A stretch of DNA of 64,000 bases from Mobula hypostoma (taxonomy: Eukaryota). Below are positions 1 to 13,454 of the stretch, piece after piece. The notes beneath the pieces are model-generated. The model ran no database searches. It was given only the letters and a program-made list of their open reading frames with translations, and had not been told where the DNA came from. Location of the stretch: the NCBI RefSeq assembly GCF_963921235.1, contig NC_086097.1:210368001-210432000 (forward strand), in the 5' to 3' direction. Within the stretch, counting starts at the first letter, position 1, and each line of letters starts with the position of its first letter. A program made the translations under genes and the position numbers.

Positions 1-4
1 AGAG

Positions 5-1139
5 GTGGATTATTGTGAAGGGAGAAATAAAGGGAATGAGGAGGTAGTGAGGGGTCGGATGAATAAAAACCAAGACCAAGGGAATAAAAGAATAAGAAAT
101 GATAGTGGAGAAAGCTCTGAAAGTGAGGAATATGAACAAGCTCAGAGAGGAGGTGTTGTCATAATTAGGTTTAATGAGAAGGCTCAGGGACATATGAAGA
201 AAATTAACCCGTTTGTGCTAACAACAACTCTGACAAATAAGGTTGGGGAAATAGTATTTGCAAAAGTCCTTAATGATGGCAACTTATTGGTAAGATGTGC
301 GAATGAGGAACAACTTGAGTAAGCACTCAAGCTAAATGAGATAGGAAAATGCAAGGTGGAATACACAGGGAGGGTGGGAGCACAAAATAGTGGTTGTAAA
401 GGAGTGATCACGGGGATACCAATGAGTATAAATATGGAGGAGATAAAGAGGAATATCAAAGGAGGGAAAGTAATCAATGTTCAAAGACTGTAAACAACAA
501 AGGAGGGAGTGAAAAAGTGAATCAGTATTGATTGAATTTGAAGAAGAAAGAGTGCCAAGGAAGGTGTTCCTGGGTTTCATGAGTTACCCAGTAAGGGTGT
601 ATGTGCCAAAGCCACTGAGGTGCTATAATTGTCAAAGGTTTGGACACGTGGCTAAAAACTGTAAAAGGCAGAGGAGATGTGCTAGATGTGGGGGTGATTA
701 TGAATATGGAAAGTGCGGAACAGGAGTTCAACCAAAATGCTGCAATTATGGAGGAGCTCATAATGTTGCATATAGTGGGTGTGAGGTTGTCAGACGGGAG
801 ACTAAAATTCAAGAAATAAGAGTGAAAAGAAAGATCACTTATGCAGAAGCTGTAAGAATGTCAAGAGAACAGAATAATGCTCCTAATGAACAGGGAGCAA
901 TAGGGATACGAGAGATGCAACAAAGAACAAATGACAGGATTTATGTAGACAAAAAGGCTCTAGTAACATTCATTGCAGGAGTGATTAATAGTACGGCTGA
1001 GGTAAAGTCAAAAAGTGACAAAACTCAGCTGGTGGTAAAAGCAGCAGTAAACCATTTAGGGTTAGTAGGACTGACATGGGAGGAAGTGAGGGAGAACCTC
1101 AGTAATCAGTCAAGCCAGGAAGTGTCATGTGTTTGTTAA
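5..1139 (+). pseudogene. ORF1 (gag-like, three zinc knuckles) of an I/Nimb-type LINE; cut by the window start and disrupted
   Basis: Knuckles CYNCQRFGHVAKNC, CARCGGDYEYGKC and CCNYGGAHNVAYSGC. Stops near 320 and 490 and a frameshift near 515 join the ORFs 5..322 and 528..1139. Confidence 0.85.
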
Positions 1140-1147
1140 TACTAATC

Positions 1148-4100
1148 ATGGTGAATCTTTTACAATGGAATGCAAGGAGCTTACTGGCCAATAGCCAGGA
1201 ATTCAAGCACTTTATTAAAGAAATGGTTGTAAAGCCGGATGTAGTGTGTATTCAGGAAACTTGGTTGAAACCAACTTTAGACTTTGTGGTATATGGGTAT
1301 ACAATGATAAGGAAAGATAGAAATCTAGGGGGAGGAGGGGGTTGTGCTATGATAATCAAGCAAGGTATACCATATAGGGTACTGGAAAAAGGAGATGATC
1401 AGGAATACATAGTGGTGGATGTGTGGGAGAGAGGGGAGGGGGTGGTTATAATTAACTACTACAATCCATGTAAAAGGTTGGATTTGGACAGCCTATTAAA
1501 GATAGAAGGACAAAACAGACATAAAGTAGTGTGGTGTGCAGATTTCAATGCTCATAGCACAATATGGGGGGATCAGATTACAGATCCAAATGGAAAGGTA
1601 ATTGAAGATTTGATGGAAGAAAGGGATTTGGTGTGTATGAATGATGGTAGCAGCACAAGGATAGATATAACAACAGGAACTGAGTCAGTGTTAGCTATTA
1701 TGTTAGTGTCTAATACCTTGGCTGGCATTAGTAACTGGGGAGTTTGGACTGCTTCAACAGTAGGCAGTGATCACTACCCAGTTTTGTGTTCAGTGGGTGA
1801 AAGAGTTGAAGTAAGACCAGGTGGCGGAACCCCAAAGTGGGTGTTTGAAAAAGCTGATTGGGGTAAGTTCCAGAAATTGAGTGAAGAAGGGTTGACAAAG
1901 ATTGATATTTCTGGAAATGTAGATGAATTAAACAGTCAGGTGACTTCAGCAATTATTATGGCAGCAGAAGGATCTATACCTAGGAGTAAAAATAGGATGA
2001 ATAGAAAACTGGTACCATGGTGGACAGAGGAATGTTGTCAGGCTGTAAAGAACAGAAATAGAGCATTCAGGCTAGTTAAAAGAACCCATAATATGCAGCA
2101 TTTGGTTCAATATAAGAAAGCACAGGCAGTGGTGAGAAGAACTATACGTCAAGCTAAAAGGGCAAGTTGGAGGAGTTTTTGCGACAAGGTAGGAAGAACA
2201 ACACCTGTGGGAGAGATATGGGGAATGATTAAGAGGATGGGAGGAGATAGAAGGGAATGGGAATATCCAGTAATGATATCTGAGGAGGAAACTGCAGTCT
2301 CCAGTAGGGATAAGGCTGAGGTCATGGCCAAGTCATTTGTACTGATACACAGTTCAGAAAATTTGTCTGAAGAAGGGAGAAGAAGAAGGGAAAGAATAAT
2401 GAGCCAACACCCAGGTGTGTTAAGCAGGAGGGAAGGAACAGATGATATAATTGATGATCCATTTACATTAGCAGAAATGGTGAGAGCAATAAAGAGATCG
2501 AGACCAACCTCCCCAGGGAAAGATCTGATATGCTCTGTGATGCTAAAAAATCTAGGAGAAGGAGCGCTCTTGAAGTTGCTGCATTTTTATAACAGAGTGT
2601 GGGAGGAGGGAAGATTACCAAGTGCATGGAATGAAGCAGTAGTAATTCCAATAAGGAAGCCTGGCAAGGATCTGTCAAAACCCACTAGCTACAGACCAAT
2701 TGCATTAACATCAAGTATATGTAAGATAATGGAAAGGATGATAATAGAAAGGTTATCATATGAGCTTGAGAAAAGGGGAATGCTGGCAAGTTATCAGGGT
2801 GGTTTTAGAAAGGGAAGGAATTCCATGGACTCAGTGATTATGTTAGAGACTGAAATAAGGAAGGTCCAGACAAATAGAGAGTCAGTAGTGGCAGTGCTCT
2901 TTGACATTGAAAAAGCCTATGATATGATGTGGAAGGAAGGATTATTAATTAAATTGCACAAGATGGGGGTTGGTGGGAGAGTTTTTAATTGGATTAAAGA
3001 TTTTTTGTTTGGTAGAAAAATTCAAGTTCGGATTGGATCAGAATTATCAAAACAGTACATAGTGGAAAATGGCACACCTCAAGGTAGTGTGATTAGCCCG
3101 TTACTTTTCATCATTATGATCAATGATGTCTTCACAAAGGTACCAGTGGATATAGGTAGGTCACTGTTTGCGGATGATGGGGCCTTGTGGAAAAGAGGCA
3201 GGAACATGGACCATATAATCAGGAAACTACAAGAAGCAATTGATGACGTGGTGGAGTGGGGTTATGATTGGGGATGTAGATTTTCAGTAGATAAAACTCA
3301 AACTGTATTTTTTACCAGGAAAAGGGTTGAGGTAGGGAAGAAGTTATGGATGTATGGGGTTGAATTAGAAAGGGTTGCATCATTTAAATTTCTGGGAGTT
3401 ATATTTGATTCACGATTAACATAGGCAGACCATATCAGGAAAGTTGAGGAGAAATGTAAAAAAGTAATAAATGTGATGAGATGTTTGACTGGTAGGGAAT
3501 GGGGAGCAAGTTGTTCAGCTTTGAAGAGAATGTATGTGGTTTTAGTGAGATCTGTGTTGGACTATGGAAATATAGCATATGGATCAGCAGCTAGGTCTCT
3601 TATAAGGAAACTGGATGTGATTCAGGCTCAGGCCTTGAGGGTGTGCAGTGGGGCTTTTAAAACGTCACCAGTGTCAGCCCTACAGGTAGAAATGGGAATA
3701 ATGCCTTTGGAACTAAGAAGGATGCAACTGATGGCAAACTACTGGGCTAACTTGCAGGGGCACAATGATTCTCACCCTACTAAAGGAGTGTTGCAGGAGT
3801 GCTGGGAAAATGGAAGGTTTCAGAGGGATACCTTTAGTCGGGTAGGGAATGATATCGCGAAAGAATGTGGAGTATTTGATCTGAGGATAAGTCCTTCAGT
3901 AGTTTATCTGGTTGTAGCTCCATGGAAGCTTGTATGGCCTGACATAGACTGGCATTTGTTGGAGGTAAAAAGGAAAGAAAGATGAAAAACAGATTTGGTA
4001 AATGCATTTAACTGTCATGTGATGGAAATGTATAGTGATTATACTCACATTTATACAGATGGTGCGAAGGAACCTGAAACAGGAGTGACAGGGTTTGGGG

Positions 4101-4888
4101 TGGTAATACCAGCAAAAGAAATTGGAATCACCAGAAGAACATCTAATAAGTTAGGGGTGTTTACAGTGGAGATGCTGGCAGTGTTGGTTGCGTTGCAATG
4201 GGTGCAGAAAGCCAGACAAGCCAAAGCATTGATATGTTCAGATTCATCCTCAGTTCTAGCAAGTTTAAGGTCTTTTCACACAAACAGTCGGCAAGATGTA
4301 CTTTATGAAGTCCTTCAGTTAGTTACAAGAATTGCAAATCAGGGAGGTCAGGTAAAATTTCTATGGGTTCCAGCACATGTAGGGGTGAAGGGGAATGAGA
4401 GGGTGGATGAGTTGGCAAAGAGGGCGTTAAAGAAAGTAAATGTGGAAATGCACATTAAAGCAGAGGTTAAGTGTGTAATCTGGGAAAAAGTCAACCGAAT
4501 GTGGCAAGAAAGATGGGACAGGGAGGGGAAAGGGAGGCATTTATATCAAATACAAAAGAGTGTTGCAGTTACTAGGGTAGGTAGTGGAAACAGAAGAGAG
4601 GAAATTGTGTGGACTAGGTTAAGGCTGGGGCATTGTGCATTAAACAAAACATTGAAAATGATAGGGAAACACCAGACAGGATTGTGTGAGGAATGTCAGG
4701 AAGAGGAGTCAGTAGAACATGTAGTTTTGTGTTGCAGGAAGTATGGGATACAGAGAGAGATGATGAGAAATAAATTAAGGGAGTTGGGGATGCAGGAATT
4801 CACATTCAAAGGGTTGCTGGGCATGGGTGAGAGAGCACAAGTCTGGGTATTTTTAGCGTTTTTAAGGGGTACAGGGGTTTTTTTATAG
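1148..4888 (+). pseudogene. ORF2 of an I/Nimb-type LINE: APE endonuclease, reverse transcriptase, RNase H and C-terminal Cys/His motif
   Basis: APE motifs LQWNARS, IQETW, ADFNAH, SDHYP. RT motifs YRPIALTS, FDIEKAYD, GTPQGSVISP, LFADD. RNase H motifs IYTDGA, EMLAV, ICSDS, WVPAHVGVKGNERVD. C-terminal CEEC...ESVEH...C. The three ORF pieces share one frame, split only by stops at 3422 and 3983. Confidence 0.92.
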
Positions 4889-4954
4889 AATATGACAAAT
4901 AAACAGGAATAGGATACTAGGATGGTCAAAGATGGGAGGGTGAAGTGTAGGTTT

Positions 4955-4955
4955 G

Positions 4956-5003
<48 letters not shown>

Positions 5004-5008
5004 TGCAC
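4955..5008. repeat. (GT)n microsatellite running into (GC)n, an alternating purine-pyrimidine tract
   Basis: tatatat(gt)n gcgcgcgcgcacgtgcac read directly. Confidence 0.95.
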
Positions 5009-6361
5009 GATTGGGTGAAGGGATTTAGAATGTATGTCTAGTGCACATTCGGGAGCAGAGGGTGGCGGTAATGCACCAGTAAGCTGGATGCCAACCGCCG
5101 TAAAACAAGATACAGAGAGACAGATAGCTTTCAAAGCTAATTATAAAACTGTAATACAGTTCTAATGAAAGGTCATTAACTGGAAATATTAACAAAAAGT
5201 GGCTAACAGTTGGGTATTTTGATTAATTTCTGTTGTTTTTTTTTCAGATTTTCAATATCTAATCTGCTTTGTCTTTGATGTCTTAGTTTAGATTCTGAAC
5301 TTTGGTGTGACTAGTTCCTCTTCCGAACTACTGGGGAGTTAAGCCTAAGCATGAAGTATTGTTTCATAGACTAATGATAATGCAACATCAAAGTCTCAAA
5401 GTACATTTCAATGTATATATGCAGTATACAACCAGGACATTCGTCTTTCTGCAGGCAGCTATGAAGTACCATAGAACCTGTTCAAAGAAAACATGAAACA
5501 CCCAACGTGCAAAAAAGAGAACAAATTGTGCAAGTGAAAAAAAGTGAGTGACTAGCACACAGAATATTAAACATCAAACCACAGCGTTCTTGAAACAGTC
5601 TAGGATTGTTCACTTTCGTTCAGTTAAGCTCAGTTTTGTGCCGTGTCATTCATTAGTTGCAGGCCACAAAGCCAGTCCATGTCAAAATGCCCCAATCAAA
5701 ATTGTGCAAAATAGCAATAAAAAAGAGTAACTTGAAATCAGAAATGTATTTGTAACATGAACCACAGAGTCCTTTAAAAAGAAGTCCAATCCACAAGTGA
5801 CACCGATCAAACCTTGCCCAAGATCCAAGACTGCTGCACTTCCTTCTGGCAGCGGCAAGCGAGAAGGAGAGGGAGGGAGACCGGTCAAACGCAGGCAGAC
5901 AACGCTGAATGCTCACTTACCTTTTCCTCTTGTCCTTGTCGATTTCAATCTTGCTTGATGCTTTAATCAGCGAGAAATGTGTTTGCGCTCCGACATGAGA
6001 TTGCACACTTCATTCTCAACCGCACTGCACTCCTCCGGAGACAGCAAAAACCGTAGACCACTCAGTTGGCTCAAAAACACATTTTCAAAATGTAAATTAC
6101 AGCCTCCAATCAATGCAGATTAGTAGTAAAAGTCAGAATCAGGTTTAATATCATTGGCATATGTTGTGAAATTTGTTAACTTAACAGCAGCTGTACAATG
6201 AAATACTAAAAATATATGGATAGAGGAGTGGAGTTAGTGACATTAATGATTGTATCCAATTTAATATGTTAGCCCGACTTTGTTTTAGTTTTGTTTAATT
6301 TAGTCTAGTTTTGCTTAGCTTAATTTAGTGTAGTTTTTTTCTTTCCTAGTTTAGGTTTTTT

Positions 6362-9300
6362 TTAATAAAATTTTTATTGAGTTTTCGAAAAGATTACATA
6401 GAAAGATAATATCTACCCTCCCCCCCCCTTAACCCTTCCCCCCCGATATATACCCCTACCTGAAAATAAAGGAAAAAACAGAGAAGAAAAAGAAAGAAGA
6501 AAGAAGAACTGCCTGGATATTGGAAAGTTTCCACATGCTCCATGGGATTCAAAATAAATTTAGTATATTTATTTATTACTTTCCCCAAGGGACCAACATC
6601 TTTATCATCGGAGTAACTAAATATGCCATCCTATCTTTTGTAAATATGGGCGCCAAATATTCAAAAATGTATCATATTTATCACTTAAATTATAAGTAAT
6701 TTTTTCATGTGGAATACAACTAGAAATTTCATTATTCCAACGATCCATGCTTAAATACGAATCCGATTTCCAAGTAACTGCTATAGCTTTCTTGGCTACT
6801 GCCAATGCAATTTTTATAAATTCTTTCTGATATTTATTCAGTTTAAGTTTCGGTTTTATCCCTTCAATATCACCTATTAGAAATAATATAGGGTTATGTG
6901 GAAGTTGAGTTCCAGTAATTTGTTCCAATAAAACTCTTAAATTTATCCAAAAAGGTTGAATTTTGGAACAAGACCAAATAGAATGTAAGAAAATACCAAT
7001 TTCTTGATTACATCGAAAGCATTGATCAGATAAGTTTGAATTTTATCTATTTATTTTTTGCGGTGTAATACATAATTGGTGTAAAAAATAATATTGTACT
7101 AATCTTAGTCGTATGTTTATTGTATTTATCATACTGTCAAGACATAGTCTTGACCAATTTGTTTCATCAGTATTAATATTCAGATCTGTTTCCCATTTTT
7201 GTTTTGATTTGTGCATTCCTTGTTTAATTATCTGTATTTGAATCAAATTATACATAAAAGATATAAATTTTTAAATTTTTCCTTTTTGAATTAAAATTTC
7301 AATTTCATTGGGTTTTGGCAAAAACATTGTTTGACCCAGTTTGTCTTTTAAATAAGCCCTTAATTGAAGGTAACAAAAGAAAGTGTTATTTGATATTTTA
7401 TATTTATTCATTAATTGTTCAAATGACATCAATATACCTCATTCATAACAGTCTCCTATAGATCTAATCCCTTTTTGATACCAATTATGTAAAAGTTGAT
7501 TATCCATTGTAAAAGGAATAAGTCTGTTTTGAATCAAAGGTCTCCTTGCTAATAAAGATTTCTTTATTTCATCATCAACGTTTATCTTATTCCATAGATC
7601 AATCAAATGTTTTAATATAGGAGATTCTTTCTTTTCCCATATCCATTTAGATTCCCATTTATATATAAAATTTTCGGGTGTATTTTCTCTATCTTATCTA
7701 ATTCTATTCTAATCCATGCCGGTTTTTGTTCGTCAAAGAAAGATGCAATAAATCTAAGTTGATTTGCTTTATAATAATTCTTAAAGTTTGGAAGTTGTAA
7801 CCCTCCTAACTCAAATTTACATGTCAATTTTTCCAATGATATTCTTGACATCTTACCTTTCCAAAGAAATTTTCTCACATATTTATTTAATTCTTGAAAA
7901 AATTTCTGTGGCAGTTGTATTGGTAATGTTTGAAACAGATACTGTAACCTAGGAAATATATTCAGTTTTACAACATTGACTCTACCCACTAATGTTATTG
8001 GTAGTATCATCCATTTGTCAAGATCTTGAATTTTTTTCAATAGTGGTAAATAATTATATTTATATAAATTCTTTGCATCATTATCAAGTCTTATACCTAA
8101 ATACTTAATACCATTTATCGGCCATCTAAATTGTGTTAGTAGTCGACATTGGCTATAATCTCCTTTAGTAAGAGGTAAAATTTCATTTTATCCCAATTTA
8201 TTTTATACCCTGATACTTTCCCATATTCATCCAATCTAGAAGATAATTTACGTAACGAATGCTGTGGGTTTGTTAAATAAATCCGAACATCATCAGCAAA
8301 TAGATTAATTTTATATTCCTCCTGATTAACTCTAAAACCCTTAATATCTGAATCAATTCTAATTAGTTCTGCTAATGGTTCTATCGCCAATACAAATAAA
8401 GCAGGTGATAATGGACAACCTTGTCTAGTTGACCTTTTTAACTGGAATGGTGTTGAAAGGGTCTCGGCCTGAAACGTCGACTGCGCCTCTTCCTATAGAT
8501 GCTGCTTGGCCTGCTGCGTTCACCAGCAACTTTGATGTATGTTGCTTGAATTTCCAGCATCTGCAGAATTCCTGTTGTTTGGTGTTGAAATTTGACCATT
8601 TGTCACTACTTTAGCATTAGGGTTAGTATTTAAAGTTTTAATCCAGTTTATAAACCCATATTTTTCTAATACTTTAAATAAAAATCCCATTCCAATCTAT
8701 CAAATGCTTTTTCTGCATCCAAGGCTACTACTATACTCATCTCCTTCCTTTTTTGTGCCAAATGAATTATACTGAGTAGCCGAGTTACATTATCTACCAA
8801 TTGTCTATTTTTAATAAATCCTGTTTGATCCATATGTATTAATTTTGGTAAATATTTAGATAATGTATTTGATAAAATTTTTGCTATTATTTTATAATCC
8901 GTGTTCAACAAAGAAATAGGCCTATATGATGCTGGTTTTAAAGGATCTCTTTTTTTTTTGGCAATACTATTCCAATCGCTGTTGAGAAAGATTCTGGGAG
9001 TTTATGTGTTTTTTCCGCTTGACGTATTAACTCCATAAAAGGAGGAAATAATAAATCTCTAAACTTTTTATAAAATTCAGCTGGAAAACCATCCTCTCCT
9101 GGAGATTTATTACTTTGAAGTGATCCTAAAGCTTCTTCAACCTCTTTTAATGTAAAAGGCATATCTAATCCCTTCTGCTCTTCCGAATTCAATTTTGGAA
9201 GAGTTACTTGTGATAAAAATCTTTTTCTCTCATTAACATCATTTTGTGATTTGGATTGATATAATTCAGAATAGAAACTTTTGAAGGTTTCATTAATTTC

Positions 9301-10459
9301 TAAAGGTTTATAAGTAATTTTATTTGCACTTGTTCTAATTGCATTTATCGTTTTGGAAGCCTGTTCTATTTTCAACTGCCAAGCAAGAATTTTGTGTGCT
9401 CTCTCACCTAACTCATAATACCTTTGCTTAGTTCTCATGATTGCTTTTTCCATTCTATATGTCTGAAGCGTATTATATTGTAACTTCTTATTGACAAGTT
9501 GTCTTCGTTTTTCTTCTGTTGTATGTCTTTGAGATTCTTTCTCTAATTTTGTAATTTCTTTTTCCAATTGATCTAGTTCTGCCATATATTCTTTCTTAAT
9601 TTTAGACGTATAACTTATTATCTGACCCCTCAAATATGCTTTCATCGCATCCCATAGTATAAATTTATCATCCACTGAATGAGAGTTTGTATCCAAAAAA
9701 AATTGGATCTGATTTTTCATAAAATCACAAAAATCTTGATGTTTTAATAATGTTGAATTAAATCTCCATCTATAAGTCACTTCTTCCTTGTCAGTCATTA
9801 TTATTGTCATTAATAAAGGAGAGTGATCTGACAATATTCTTGCTTTATATTCCATATTTTTCATTCTGTGTTGAATATTGATTGATAATAGGAAGAAATC
9901 TATCCTTGAGTAAGCTTTGTGTCTATTAGAATAGAATGAATAAACTCTTTCTTCTCCATATCAATCAAATTTAAATCTTTCATCAATGATAAAGTTAGTT
10001 TTACTACCTTTGATTTTGTAACAGCCTTAGTTGATCTATCTAAGACTGGGTCTAGACAAAAATTAAAATCTCCTCCTATTAATATTTTTTCATGTGCATC
10101 AACCAAATTCAAAAAAGCTTCTTGTATAAATTTTGCATCATTTTCATTTGGTGCATAAATATTCATGAGAGTCCATAATTCGGAAAAAAGTTGACAGTGT
10201 ATAATCACATATTTCCCCGCAGAATCGATTATTATATTTTGTATTCTAATTGGTAACGTTTCAGTGATCAAAATTGCTACTCCCCTCGCTTTTGAATTAA
10301 ATGAAGCTGCAACAACACTATCCACCCAATCTCTCTTTAATTTCTGATGTTCTGTTTCTGTTAAATGCATTTCCTGTAAGAAGGCTAAATCTACCTTCAT
10401 TTTCTTAATACATGTTAAGATTCTTTTTCTTTTCACCGGTCCATTAAGCCCATTAACAT
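6362..10459 (-). mobile_element. L1-clade LINE, 5'-truncated at the start of ORF2, frameshifted
   Basis: Endonuclease motifs NVNGLNGPVKRKRI, AFLQE, NIYAPN, GGDFN, LSDHSP. RT motifs KSPGEDGF, LNTDYKI, DQTGF, LDAEKAFD, LFADD. T-rich tail near 6360. Imperfect flanking duplication tagttt(a/g)ggttttt at about 6347 and 10460. Confidence 0.9.
8459..8579 (+). mobile_element. Short Penelope pLTR-derived element (3' half of the hammerhead motif) inserted in the L1 RT region
   Basis: gggtctcggcctgaaacgtcgact...gatgctgc...cctgctg...cagcatctgcaga resembles the ends of the Penelope at 19292-27363. Perfect 11-bp TSD tggtgttgaaa at 8448-8458 and 8580-8590. Confidence 0.85.
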
Positions 10460-11509
10460 TAGTTTGGGTTTTTAAAAAAGTTTTTTTTCAATTATATTCA
10501 ATTATATTTAGAGTTGGGGAGATCTAACATACTTGTACTATTAGCAGTTTTATATTTGCAAATGTAAACTATCAATAATGTAATCCCATTCTCTGTTTAT
10601 CATTATTATTGTTTTATTTAAAATTTTGAAAATTAATAAAAAGACTGGAAAAGAAATACATGATAATATAGAAAAAAAAGTAAGTCCATTACAGTAAGTA
10701 TATTAAATAGTTAAATTAAAAATAATGCAAAAACAGAAGTAATAAAAGTGAGGTAGTGTTCATGGATTCAATGTCCATTTAGGTACTATATGGCAGAGTT
10801 CCTGAATCACTGAGCTGTCCTTCCTTCCTGATGCTTACAATGAAGCAAGGTCCTGCCCTGGATGATGGAGGTCCTCAATGATTGATGCCACCTTTCTGAG
10901 GCACCGCTCCTTGAAGATGTCTTGGATACTGTGGAGGCTAGTACACAAGATGGAGCTGAATAATTTTCGACTTTCTGTAGCTTTTCTCGATCCTGTGCTA
11001 TAGCACCCCCCCCCATACCAGACAGTGATGCACCTTGTCAGAATGCTCTCCACAGTACATCCATAGAAGTTTTATCATGTTTTAGTGACAAGCTAAATCT
11101 CTTCAAACTTCTAATACAATATAGCCACTGTCCTGCCTTCTTTATAGCTGCATCAATATGTTGGGTCCAGGTTAGATTCTCAGAGATCTTGACACCCAGG
11201 CATTTAAAATTGCTCACTCTCTCCACTCCTGATCCTTTTATGAAGAATGGTTCATGTTCCCTTGTCCTATATTTAAAAGAAAATGGAGAAGAAGAACTAG
11301 TTTTTGAACTGTCTGAGAGACGTTGCCATTGGTCGGTGGCACCATCTTGCTGTCATACATCCCGACGTAATCATTATCACAGAATTATATATGTTTGTTA
11401 ATGTTCCATATGTCATCAGCATAATCCTTGAGTGTGTTTTATTTTAGCAGCATTGTTGGCCTTTTATATTAACTGTGACAAGGAAAATATGTAGTGAAAT
11501 CCAAAAGGT

Positions 11510-13454
11510 CTATACTGAGCAAGTTGTGGGGAGAAGATTCTGAGAGGCAGGATTTATGAGCATTTGGAGAGACCTAATCTGATTAGGGATAGTCACTATG
11601 GCTTTGTCAAGGGCAGGTCGTGCCTTACGAGCCTGATTGAATTCTTTGAGGATGTAACAAAGCACATTGCTGAAGTAGAGCAATGGATGTAGTGTATCTG
11701 GATTTCCGTAAGGCATTTGATTAGTTTCACCATGCAAGGCTCCTTCAGAAAGTAAGGAGGCATGGGATCCAAGGAGACTTTGCTTTGTGGATCCAGAATT
11801 GGCTTGCCCACTTAAAGCAAAGGGTGGTTGTAGACGGTTCGTATTCTGCATGGAGTGGACTGAAACACTTGAGCATAGAGATATTAAGAGAGATGGAACT
11901 TTTGAAAAGCATTAAGTTAGATAAGTCACTGGGACCCGAAGAGATATACTCCAGGCTAATGTGCAAAGCGAGGAAGGAGATTGCTGAGTCTCTTACAATG
12001 ATCTTTGCATCATCAATACGGACCGGAGAAGTACCAAAGGACTGGAGGGTTGTAAATATTGTTCCCTTGTTCAAAAAAGGGAGTAGAGATAACCCAGGAA
12101 ATTATAGGCCATTGACTCTTACTTCAGTGATAGGCAAATTGTTGGAGAAGATCCTGAGAGGCAGGATTTATGAGCACTTGGAGAGACATAATCTTATTAG
12201 GGATAGTCCGGATAGCTTTGTCAAGTGCAAGTCTTGCCTTACAAGCCTGATTGAATTCTTTGAGGATGTAACAAAACACATTGTCGAAACTAGAGCAGTG
12301 GATGTAGTGTATATGGATTTCAGTAAGACTCCCCATGCAAGGCTCCTTCAGAAAGTAAGGAGACATGGGATCCAAGGAGACCTTGTTTTGTGGATCCAGA
12401 ATTGACTTGCCCACTTAAGGCAAAGGATGGTTGTAGATGGTTCGTATTTTGCACGGAGTTTGGTGACCAGTGGTGTTCTGCAGGTGTCTGTTCTGGGACC
12501 CCTCCTCTTTGTGATTTTTGTAAATGACCTGGATGAAGAAGTAGAAGGATGGGTTAGTAAGTTTGCTGATGACTCAAAGGTTGGGGGTGTTGTAAATAGT
12601 CTGGAGGGTTGTCAGAGGTTACAGCAGGACATCGATAGGACACAGAACTGGGCTGAGAAATGGCAGATGGAGTTCAAGCCAGATAATTTTGAAGTGGTTG
12701 ATTTTGGTAGATCAAATTTGAGGAGGAACTTTTAGCAGTGTGAAGGATATGAGAGATCTTGGGGTCCATATCCATCAGACACTCAAAGCTGCTGCGCAGG
12801 TTGAAAGTGTTGTTAAGAAGGCATACGGTGTGTTGGCATTCATCAACCGTGGGATTGAGTTCAAGAGCCGTGAGGTAATGTTATGCCTATATAAGACTTC
12901 GGTCAGACCCATCTTGGAGTACTGTGTTCTGTTCTGGTCACTTCACTACAGGAAGGATGCGGATACTATAGAGAGAGAGTGCAGAGGAGCTTTTCAAGGA
13001 ATTTGCCTGGATTGGAGGGTGTACCTTATGAGAATAGGTTGAATGAACTTTGCCTTTTCTCCTTGGAGCGACGAAGGATGAGAGGTGACCTGATAGCAGT
13101 GTATAAGATGATGAGAGGCATTGATAGTGTGGATAGCCAGAGGCTTTTTCCCAGGGCTGAAATAACTAACACGAGGAGGCATAGTTTTAAGGTGCTTAGA
13201 AATAGGTACTGAGGGGATGTCAGAGGTATGTTTTTCACACAGAGAGTGGAGAGTGCATGGAATGCACTGCCAGTGAAGGTGGAAGAGGCAGATACGAAAG
13301 GGTCTTTTAAGAGTCTCTTAGATAAGTACATGGAGCTTAGAAAAATAGAGGGCTATGCACTAGGCAGTTTCTAGAGTAGGTTGCATGGTTGGCACAACAT
13401 TGTGGGCCAAAGGGCCTATAATTTGCTGTAGATTTCTATGTTCTATGTTCTATG
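11510..13454 (+). mobile_element. CR1-clade LINE 3' part with an internal duplication
   Basis: GNYRPLTLTS, VYMDFSK, VLGPLLF, KFADD, LEYCVLFWS and a (TTCTATG)3 tail. The segment 11510-11855 is repeated at about 12120-12450. Confidence 0.9.

Larger units (their letters stand above)
1..5115 (+). mobile_element. Non-LTR retrotransposon, I superfamily (Nimb-like), near full length
   Basis: ORF1 plus ORF2 with RNase H. The 3' UTR has a (GT)n tract, a terminal stem-loop at 5064-5099 and a short A-rich tail. Confidence 0.85.
6130..11260 (-). mobile_element. Rex/L2-group LINE 3' fragment, split by nested L1 insertions (pieces about 6130-6206 and 10653-11260)
   Basis: Minus-strand peptides ERVSNFKCLGVKISENLTWTQH and ESILTRCITVWYG. 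GAAATAC is repeated at about 6200 and about 10653, on either side of the nested block. Confidence 0.65.
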
